Below, one piece after another: positions 8,337 to 15,177 of a DNA stretch of 19,653 nt (positions within the stretch are counted from its first letter, which is position 1; each line of letters starts with the position of its first letter). Position numbers and translations under genes: made by a program. Source of the stretch: Planctomycetota bacterium (lineage in GTDB: Bacteria > Planctomycetota > SZUA-567 > H5-PLA8). The notes under the pieces are model-generated. The model searched no databases, was not told where the DNA came from, and saw only the letters and a program-made list of their open reading frames with translations. The stretch covers positions 1 to 19,653 of the forward strand of contig JBBRPR010000099.1 in assembly GCA_038227875.1 (NCBI GenBank), written 5' to 3'.

Positions 8337-9839
8337 ATGCGTCATTTTAGCGCCGTGCGATGGGTAGCGCCCCTCGCGGCGATGCTGGTGTGTGCTGGAT
8401 CCTTAAGTCTGCGCGCGGCGGAAAAGGGCGACGAGACCGATACCAAACCCGATGGCAAGTCCCCCGCCCCAGCCTCGGCGACTACCGAAAATCAAATCGT
8501 CGAGCGCGGCAGTGACGGGTTGCCGAAGTTCAAGCATCCGTACAAAGACGGGCTGTATTCGACCGTCGTCGCCATGAATATGTTTTATGTGCCGGTTCCG
8601 GAGAAGCAGAAGAAGGGGAAGCTGAAGGTTCCCGGATTCCGCCGCGAAGTTCCCATCTTTACCATCACACAGGATTACCCCGCGCCGCTGATCGTCGTGC
8701 TGATGGGCGTCGACGGCAAAGTTGACGGCCCGTGGGGCACGCTCTTTCCGTACTGGTATTCGGAGGCCGGCTACCATGTGCTGACGTTCGACGGCACATT
8801 CACGCCGCAATATCCGGCGATGGCCGGCCAGGGCTGCGTCGGCAACTTCGATGCGGAAGCCGACCAGGTCGCGCAGATCATCGATGCGTATTTGAAGACA
8901 GACGTGAAGGCGAAAGTCACGAAAGTCGGCGTGGTCGGGATGAGCTTCGGCGGCACCGAGGCGCTGCTGCTGGCGGCCAAGTCGAAGGAAGGAAAGCTGC
9001 CGTTCGAACTTTCCGGCTGCCTGGCACTTTCGCCGCTGGTCAATCTGCGCACATCGGCGCAGACGATCGACCGCTTCTACCGCGAAGATCGCTGGGATAC
9101 GACGATGGTTGATCTGGCGAAGAAATTCATGGCGCATCAGCCGGTGGCCGAAGGGCAGCCGATTCCGTTTCAGGCCACGGAACTGCGCGCGGCGATCGGC
9201 TTCGCGTTCCGCGACGGCTTGACGGACGTCGTCGACCGCAACGATCGCGCGTACGGGTTAAAGGTGCTGCCCAGCGGCGATCCGGGAACCGACGAAGACC
9301 GCGGCACCTACGCGGCGGCGACGGGGATGGAACGCTTCATCGATGAATTCACGTTTAAATACTGGCAGAAAAAGGGCGCAGTGAAGTCGCCGGAAGAACT
9401 CTTCGACATGGCCAATCTCGCCAAGATTCTGCCGCGGTTGCCGAGTTACGCCGAAGCGGTGGTCGCCGAAAACGATCCGTTCGATACGCCGGAAGACATC
9501 GCCGTGGCGAAGGCCGCGGACGTCAATCACCGCCTGACGGTGGTGCCGGTTGGCGGACATCTCGGCTTCATCTCCGCCGATTGGACGCTGGTGAAAGCGC
9601 TGCGCATTTTCGGCCGGAAGTTCGAGCCCGTCGGTGGCCACAACGCCACCACCAGCAGCAGCGGGACGACCGCGACGAGCAGCACCGGCGCCACGGACGA
9701 CACTGCCAAACCGCAGGAACCGACCGCCGAAGACAAGGACCGACTGAAGAAAGAGAAGAAAGAGCGCGAAAAGAAAGAGAAGCAGGACAAGAAAGACCGG
9801 GAAAAAGAGAAGGATAAGAAGAAGGATTCCGACCAGTAG
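8337..9839 (+). CDS. Secreted alpha/beta-hydrolase fold protein (serine esterase-like) with Lys/Glu-rich C-terminal tail
   Basis: ATG 8337 follows GGGAGAGG and begins a signal peptide. Nucleophile elbow VGMSFGG, acid residue in ENDPF and His in GGHLG give a Ser-Asp-His triad. Confidence 0.8.
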   Translation: MRHFSAVRWVAPLAAMLVCAGSLSLRAAEKGDETDTKPDGKSPAPASATTENQIVERGSDGLPKFKHPYKDGLYSTVVAMNMFYVPVPEKQKKGKLKVPGFRREVPIFTITQDYPAPLIVVLMGVDGKVDGPWGTLFPYWYSEAGYHVLTFDGTFTPQYPAMAGQGCVGNFDAEADQVAQIIDAYLKTDVKAKVTKVGVVGMSFGGTEALLLAAKSKEGKLPFELSGCLALSPLVNLRTSAQTIDRFYREDRWDTTMVDLAKKFMAHQPVAEGQPIPFQATELRAAIGFAFRDGLTDVVDRNDRAYGLKVLPSGDPGTDEDRGTYAAATGMERFIDEFTFKYWQKKGAVKSPEELFDMANLAKILPRLPSYAEAVVAENDPFDTPEDIAVAKAADVNHRLTVVPVGGHLGFISADWTLVKALRIFGRKFEPVGGHNATTSSSGTTATSSTGATDDTAKPQEPTAEDKDRLKKEKKEREKKEKQDKKDREKEKDKKKDSDQ

Positions 9840-9888
9840 TCCGCCTGCCGCAGAGGCCAGAACCATCTGCTGTTCCTTTCCGGCAGTT

Positions 9889-9916
9889 CTTTGCGCCTTT
9901 GCGGCTTTGCGCGAGA
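9889..9916. repeat. Short tandem octamer repeat (CTTTGCGS x3), intergenic repeat unit
   Basis: CTTTGCGC CTTTGCGG CTTTGCGC GAGA lies between the hydrolase and the methyltransferase. Confidence 0.55.
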
Positions 9917-9947
9917 TTAGAAGCCCCGCCCCCTTCGCGAGCCGTTC

Positions 9948-10703
9948 ATGAGCGACAGTTGCAAGCAACAGTGGTTCGCGAAGTCGTTTGAGGAAGATTA
10001 CCTGAGGCGCTACGCCCACCGCACCGACGCGGCGGCGCGGGCGGAGCTGCCGTTTGTGCTGAAGCAGTTGAAAGTAGCGCGCGGCGCGCGAATTCTGGAT
10101 CTGTGCTGCGGCGCGGGGCGCCATTCCCGAGCGTTCGCCGCGGCGGGATTGCGCGTGGTCGGCGTCGATCTATCGGCGGACCTGCTGCGCGCGGCATCGG
10201 CGAAAGCGGCAGGGCGCAAACGCATCATTTACGCCCGCGCCGATATGCGGCGGCTACCGTTGCAACCGGAACAATTTGACGGCGGCGTCAATCTCTTCAC
10301 CTCGTTTGGCTATTTTTCGACGGACATGCAGAACGAACAGGCGCTGCACGAAGCCGCGCGCGTGCTAAAATCCGGCGCGCGGTTCGTGATGGATTTCATG
10401 AACGCGCCGCACGTGATCAAACATCTGGTGGCGGTCTCCGAGCGGGATGTCGATGGCGAATGCCTGACGGAGCGGCGCTGGTACGATAAGAAGACCAAGC
10501 GCCTGATCAAGACGGCCACAGGTTGCGCGTGTGGCGAACCTGTGGAGCGCTTTGAATCGGTGCGCGCATTTACGCCGGCGGAGCTGACGGCGATGTTCGG
10601 CCGCGCAGGCTTGAAAGTGCTTGGAAAATACGGCAGCCTGAGCGGCGAGAAGTATACGGTGGCGCGCAGCCTGCGCTGTGTGATCGTGGGGGAGAAGAAA
10701 TGA
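9948..10703 (+). CDS. Class I SAM-dependent methyltransferase
   Basis: Motif I ILDLCCGAGRH, post-I VVGVDLS, ADMRRLP, NLFTSFGYF and LKSGARFVMD. The stop overlaps the bshC start (ATGA). Confidence 0.9.
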   Translation: MSDSCKQQWFAKSFEEDYLRRYAHRTDAAARAELPFVLKQLKVARGARILDLCCGAGRHSRAFAAAGLRVVGVDLSADLLRAASAKAAGRKRIIYARADMRRLPLQPEQFDGGVNLFTSFGYFSTDMQNEQALHEAARVLKSGARFVMDFMNAPHVIKHLVAVSERDVDGECLTERRWYDKKTKRLIKTATGCACGEPVERFESVRAFTPAELTAMFGRAGLKVLGKYGSLSGEKYTVARSLRCVIVGEKK

Positions 10704-12349
10704 GCGCCACGCGCGTCGCCACGGTGACGTACGCCACGGCCGGATTCGGCAATACGCTGACGCACGATCTGGCGCGCGGCGTGCCGTCGGCGCTCACGTT
10801 TTTTCCGTCGCGGCACTGGGAGTCCGTAGCCCGCGAGATCGACACGCGAACGTATCCGCGCGATGCGCTCGTTCAGATCTTGAAAGCATCGGCTGCGCGC
10901 ACGCATGCGCCGGCCCCGGTGCTGGAGAACATTGAAGAGTTGCGGGTCCCGGGAACTTACGTGGTCGCCACCGGGCAGCAGGCCGGATTGTGCGGCGGGC
11001 CGCTGTACTCGCTGCATAAGGCACTGACGGCGATCAAATTGGCGAAACAGTACGAAGCGAAAGCGGCCGGCGCGGCGAAGTTCGTGCCGGTCTTCTGGAT
11101 CGCCGGCGACGACCATGACCTCGCGGAGATCGATCACGCCGATGTACTCAGCGCTGACGGGACGCTTCGGCGCATCCGCGCGAAAATCGGCGCGGAAAGC
11201 GCCGGCTGTTCGACATGCGACGTGACGCTCGACGCGGCGGCGCTCGACGACCTGCGCCGCGAGTGGATTGAGGCGGCCGGCAGCGACGCGGGCGTCGAGG
11301 CGTTCATCGCAGCGTACCGCGATCGTTCCCTCAGCGAAGCGTTTGCGGTGCTGCTACAGGAGTGGCTCGGGCCGCTGGGTCTGATTGTCGCGCAGTCCAA
11401 TGATATGCGGGTGCTGGGCGCGGAACTTTATCGGCGCGAGTTGGCGGATTTCGACATCACCGGGCGCTTGATCCAGGAAGCGGGCGCGAGTTTGCAGCGC
11501 TACGGTTACAAGCCGGGATTTTCCGGGAAGCAGCGCCCCGGTCCGCATTTCTTCATCGCCACCGAGCCCGGCCGCATCCGAGCGCGGCTGGAGCCGCTCG
11601 AAAATGGCGCGCGTTTTCAGGAAGCGAGCCCTGCGCTCGAAACGCGCGGTGTCGCGCCGAAATCCTACGCGCGCAGCGAGCTCGAAACGCTGCTCGCGCG
11701 CGAGCCGCAGCGGTTCTCGTCGGCGGCGGCGCTGCGGCCGGTGCTGCAGCAGAGCATCCTGCCGGTGGTCTCCGTCGTGCTGGGACCTGGCGAGATTGAT
11801 TACTGGTCGCAGTTGCCGAAAGTCTTCGCGCATTTTGGAGCGCCGTTTCCCGTGGTGGTACCGCGCGCGTCGCTGACGCTGCTGGACGACCGGGGATTGC
11901 AGAATCTGCGTCGTCTGGGCCTGGACGCTGCCGCGCCGGACCTGTTCCTCGACGCCGAGGACTTCCGCAAGAAACTGATGCACAGCGGCGAAGCAGCGGC
12001 TCGGATCGATGCGCACACGAAAGCGATTCTGACCGAGTTCGACAAAATGGCGGCGGACGTTCACGCGCTCGACAAGGGGCTCAAGCCGCTGTTCGACAAA
12101 ACACGCGAGCGCTTTGTTCACGAGCTGGAGCGGGTCAGTGAGAAAACCGCCGCTTCAGTCGGGCAGAGCGAAGGCGCGGTGCAGGCGCGCGCGAAGCAGC
12201 TCAGCGCGTTGATCCGCCCGAAGAACGCCCCGCAGGAACGCGTGCTGACGAGTTTGCAGTTCATCGCGCGGTATCCGAATCTGGTGGCGGAGTTGTTCGA
12301 GGCGCTCGACCCGGAGTTGCGCGATCACGCGGTCGTGGCGCTGGGGTAA
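10700..12349 (+). CDS. bshC: Bacillithiol biosynthesis cysteine-adding enzyme BshC
   Basis: Motifs VVATGQQAGLCGGPLYSLHKA, FVPVFWIAGDDHDLAEIDH, LRPVLQQSILP, GPGEIDYWSQL, PVVVPRASLT and C-terminal PQERV. Length of 549 aa is typical. Confidence 0.9.
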   Translation: MSATRVATVTYATAGFGNTLTHDLARGVPSALTFFPSRHWESVAREIDTRTYPRDALVQILKASAARTHAPAPVLENIEELRVPGTYVVATGQQAGLCGGPLYSLHKALTAIKLAKQYEAKAAGAAKFVPVFWIAGDDHDLAEIDHADVLSADGTLRRIRAKIGAESAGCSTCDVTLDAAALDDLRREWIEAAGSDAGVEAFIAAYRDRSLSEAFAVLLQEWLGPLGLIVAQSNDMRVLGAELYRRELADFDITGRLIQEAGASLQRYGYKPGFSGKQRPGPHFFIATEPGRIRARLEPLENGARFQEASPALETRGVAPKSYARSELETLLAREPQRFSSAAALRPVLQQSILPVVSVVLGPGEIDYWSQLPKVFAHFGAPFPVVVPRASLTLLDDRGLQNLRRLGLDAAAPDLFLDAEDFRKKLMHSGEAAARIDAHTKAILTEFDKMAADVHALDKGLKPLFDKTRERFVHELERVSEKTAASVGQSEGAVQARAKQLSALIRPKNAPQERVLTSLQFIARYPNLVAELFEALDPELRDHAVVALG

Positions 12350-12351
12350 TC

Positions 12352-12536
12352 GTAGTCCGGGCGTCCCGCCCGGTCTTACCACGGGCAAAAACTGGAAGCG
12401 CCATTAGAAATATGAAATCGTCTATTGCGAAGCAAAGCTGTTTGCTGTCGCGGTAGAGCGTCTAGCGTCTAGCGCCTCGATATTTCGTATCTATTTGGAT
12501 TTGGTGTGGTTAGACCGGGCGGGACGCCCGGACTAC
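12352..12536. repeat. Inverted pair of GTAG-type REP elements (REPIN-like), likely also a bidirectional terminator or stabiliser between convergent genes
   Basis: GTAGTCCGGGCGTCCCGCCCGGTCTTACCAC (12352-12382) and its reverse complement (12506-12536) match at 30/31. Each unit starts with GTAG followed by an imperfect hairpin. AGCGTCT-like heptamer x3 at 12457-12477 in the spacer. Confidence 0.8.
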
Positions 12537-12541
12537 AAAGC

Positions 12542-13141
12542 TCACGGATATGTCGCTTTGTTTTTCTTGATGTGACTCGTCGTAAAGTACGCGCTGCCGA
12601 TCTGGAGCGTGAGGTTGGGCAGGCCTTGCAGCGTGGGCGATGGCGATTTCGTCGTGGTCGTCGGCAGCGCGGTGACGTTCTGGACGACGAAGGTCAGCGT
12701 GAAGATGCCTTTGCTCGGCGGATTGTCGTTGGTCGCGGTGAAGCTCAGCAGTGGCAATTGCTTGTTCGCGGCTTTGCAGACGGCCTTGGCCAGCCCCTTC
12801 TTTGAGACCACGACTGTGTAATAATAATTGCCATTGCTGGTCAGGATGTTGTCGACCAACACGATCGGCGCACCGTTGGCGTTGCTGGTGAGAACTGAAA
12901 TCAGCGTGTTGCCGGCGATGGAAAATCCCTGGGAACTGGCCTGCTGCAGGTTCAGCAGCGAGTAGAGCGCGAAGTTGCTGCCCTTGATCGTCAGCGTATT
13001 GAAATTGCCGCTCTTGTAGGTGGCGACGAAGGTCGGCGTGGTGTTGCGGAAGGGAGAGGTTTCGGCGTGCGCATTGCGGACAGCGGAAGCGGCACAAAAG
13101 AACACCAGCGCGCAGAACGCGGCGCGGATCGGTCGAGACAT
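12542..13141 (-). CDS. Secreted hypothetical protein (Thr/Asn/Ser-rich, beta-rich, basic C-terminus)
   Basis: Signal peptide MSRPIRAAFCALVFFCAASAVRNAHA. GGGGA SD upstream of ATG 13141 (alternative ATG 13165). Last gene of the ECF operon. Confidence 0.7.
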   Translation of the reverse strand: MSRPIRAAFCALVFFCAASAVRNAHAETSPFRNTTPTFVATYKSGNFNTLTIKGSNFALYSLLNLQQASSQGFSIAGNTLISVLTSNANGAPIVLVDNILTSNGNYYYTVVVSKKGLAKAVCKAANKQLPLLSFTATNDNPPSKGIFTLTFVVQNVTALPTTTTKSPSPTLQGLPNLTLQIGSAYFTTSHIKKNKATYP

Positions 13142-13170
13142 TATTTTATTCCCCGGGTTAGACATCAATC

Positions 13171-13779
13171 TTACGGCGCCGCCGGTGGGCGCTTGCCCAT
13201 TGCTTCGTCGCGTGCTTTGCGCATCTCGTCGAACTTCTTGCGCTGATTATCGTCGAGGATCTTGTAGGACTCGGCCACGGCCTGATCTTCGATGCGCTTC
13301 ATTTCGTCTTCCAATTCCTGCTTCTTGCGGTCGTACTCCGCGACAAGTTCAGTGAAGCGGGTCTTCTGATCGGGAGCGAGAATCGCGCCGACGGCTTCGT
13401 CCCGCTCCTTCTGCAGCGCGTCGCGCTTGTTGCGGCGCTCCTGTTCGATATCGCCCTGCTTGCTGTCGAACGTTTGGACGATGCCCTTGAACTTCGCCTG
13501 CTGTTCGGCGCTGAGCACCGTGGCGATGGCAGCATCCTTTTCTCTCTGGATCGCTTCACGGCGCGGACGGTGCTGAGCGTGGGACTCCATCACCTTCGAC
13601 CAGACGGCGTGCATCTTCACGTCCTGATCGTCGCTCAGGTTCAGTTCCTTCTTGATGAAGGCGGGCCCCTTGTCGGAGGAACCTTTGGCCTGGCAGCGTT
13701 CCCACGTGCGGCCCAGCGTAATGCCGGCGCCGAGCGCGATGCTGAAGACCAGGAAGATGAAGATCTTCGAATTAATCAC
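13171..13779 (-). CDS. Spy/CpxP-like (LTxxQ-type) periplasmic helical protein
   Basis: GTG 13779 overlaps the anti-sigma stop (GTGA). N-terminal hydrophobic anchor 'IFIFLVFSIALGAGITLG'. Motifs LSDDQ, LSAEQ, LAPDQ and LDDNQ. Charged helical composition. Confidence 0.75.
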   Translation of the reverse strand: MINSKIFIFLVFSIALGAGITLGRTWERCQAKGSSDKGPAFIKKELNLSDDQDVKMHAVWSKVMESHAQHRPRREAIQREKDAAIATVLSAEQQAKFKGIVQTFDSKQGDIEQERRNKRDALQKERDEAVGAILAPDQKTRFTELVAEYDRKKQELEDEMKRIEDQAVAESYKILDDNQRKKFDEMRKARDEAMGKRPPAAP

Positions 13780-14192
13780 TCGCCATACTCCCGGGCGTAG
13801 CTCTGGATCACCAGGTTGGCCTGATCGCGACTGTCGCTCTGTCGCAGGACCATGGCGTCGAGCGAGACGCTGTTGGCACTGTCGGCCTGCGGTTCGACCA
13901 GCAGCCAGCTGCCGCACCCCAGCATGATCGCGGCGGCGGCGCCGATCAGGATTTTCTCCAGCCACTGCGCGCTCTGAATCCGGCGCACGTCCCCGAACTT
14001 CACAATGTTGACCCGCGCACGCGGTTCGTTGCGGGCGGCCTGGCACAGCCGGGTGAGGCGGCGGAGTTCTTCCAATTCGCGCGCGCAAGCGGCGCACGAC
14101 TGCAAATGCGTTTCCAACGCAAAACGCTGCGCGGAGGGGAGCTCATTGTCGTGGTAGGCGCTGAGCTGCGCGCTATTGGTGCATGGATCCAT
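13776..14192 (-). CDS. Zinc-binding (zf-HC2/ZAS) membrane anti-sigma factor
   Basis: 'LSAYHDNEL...LETHLQSCAACA' gives the HxxxCxxC motif. TM 'ILIGAAAAIMLGCGSWLLV'. Directly follows the ECF sigma. SD AGGAAGG upstream (alternative GTG 14198). Confidence 0.88.
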   Translation of the reverse strand: MDPCTNSAQLSAYHDNELPSAQRFALETHLQSCAACARELEELRRLTRLCQAARNEPRARVNIVKFGDVRRIQSAQWLEKILIGAAAAIMLGCGSWLLVEPQADSANSVSLDAMVLRQSDSRDQANLVIQSYAREYGE

Positions 14193-14240
14193 GGCCACGT
14201 TCCTTCCTTTACCTTCCCCTGCCCTGTCTCTGCCTGTCCC

Positions 14241-14831
14241 TTATTTATCCAAGTACGCCTTCAAGCGCTGCCGCAATTCCGAACGTGCTCTGAACAATCG
14301 CGATTCGACGGTGCCGACCGGAATATCCAGCGTCGCGGCGATCTCCTCGTACGACAACCCGTCCATTTCGCGCAGCGCAAAGATCATGCGGTGTTCGGGT
14401 GACAGCGTCTGGAGCATCGCCGCCACGTCCATCTGCACTTCCGTCCCCGAGGGTTTGGCGGGCACCAGCGCGCCGCTCAGGATTTCTTCGCCTTCGGGAC
14501 TGATGGCGCGCGGTGAGGCGCGCAACTTCCAGTACCTGCGGTGCCGGGCGATCTGGTTGACGAGAATGCGCGTGAACCAGGTTTTGACCGACGCCTTTTC
14601 ACGGAACGATTTTACACCCTTCAGAGCGCCAAGGAAAGTTTCCTGCAAGACATCGTCCACGTCGGAGGCGTTTCCTAGAAGGGAGAAACCCAAGCGGAAC
14701 AAGCGCCCCGAGTGCCGTTCCATCAATTCCCCAAACGCCGTTTCACTGCCCTTTTGGGCAAGCTTCAACAGGTCCAGATCGGTTTCATCCGGGCTTTTTG
14801 GGTCAATTGCCGAAGGCTCTCCGTCTTGCAC
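14241..14831 (-). CDS. ECF RNA polymerase sigma-70 factor (RpoE/SigW-like)
   Basis: Region 2 'DVDDVLQETFLGALKGVKSF...TWFTRILVN' and region 4.2 'LSPEHRMIFALREMDGLSYEEIAATLDIPVGTVESRLFRAR'. The start codon is uncertain. Confidence 0.93.
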   Translation of the reverse strand: MQDGEPSAIDPKSPDETDLDLLKLAQKGSETAFGELMERHSGRLFRLGFSLLGNASDVDDVLQETFLGALKGVKSFREKASVKTWFTRILVNQIARHRRYWKLRASPRAISPEGEEILSGALVPAKPSGTEVQMDVAAMLQTLSPEHRMIFALREMDGLSYEEIAATLDIPVGTVESRLFRARSELRQRLKAYLDK

Positions 14832-15142
14832 AGGGGTAGTTCCCGAACGTGTGCCTTTTCTTCCAAACTTGTGTAAATATCAGCAGGCCATGAGCTTGCT
14901 GCACAAGGGCGTGGTTTCTACATGGGGCGCTGGTGCATTTGTAGCCGGACGAGCAAGGGCGCGCAAGGGGCACGCACGCGTCAGGAGCGTAGGCAGGATG
15001 CAGGGACAGGATGCAGACACAATGGGCAGTTTGCAATTCTAGGAACAAGGTCATTGAATTCGTGGCTGCCTACTTGGCCTCTTGCTTACACCGCGCGAAA
15101 ATCGCAATCCTTCCCGAGCGCACCCCCACCGCTGACACGCGC

Positions 15143-15171
15143 TTGCATTAACGGCCTGCCAATCCTACTCT
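15143..15171 (+). promoter_or_regulatory. Candidate promoter for a leaderless GH57 transcript
   Basis: TTGCAT(15143-15148)-N17-TACTCT(15166-15171)-N6-ATG(15178). No SD. Confidence 0.55.
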
Positions 15172-15177
15172 CGAACC

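Noticed and set aside
13780..14097. N-terminal extension of the 308-aa ORF (possible fusion or frameshift with the anti-sigma)
   Set aside because: It overlaps the anti-sigma in another frame. GTG 13779 with a GTGA overlap and an immediate hydrophobic anchor explains the gene.
14832..15142. Small ORF, ncRNA or ECF autoregulatory promoter in the sigma-GH57 intergenic region (CAGGATGCAG x2, GCAAGGG x2)
   Set aside because: The direct repeats are short and plausible by chance. I found no convincing GGAAC/GTC promoter pair, structured RNA or coding signature.
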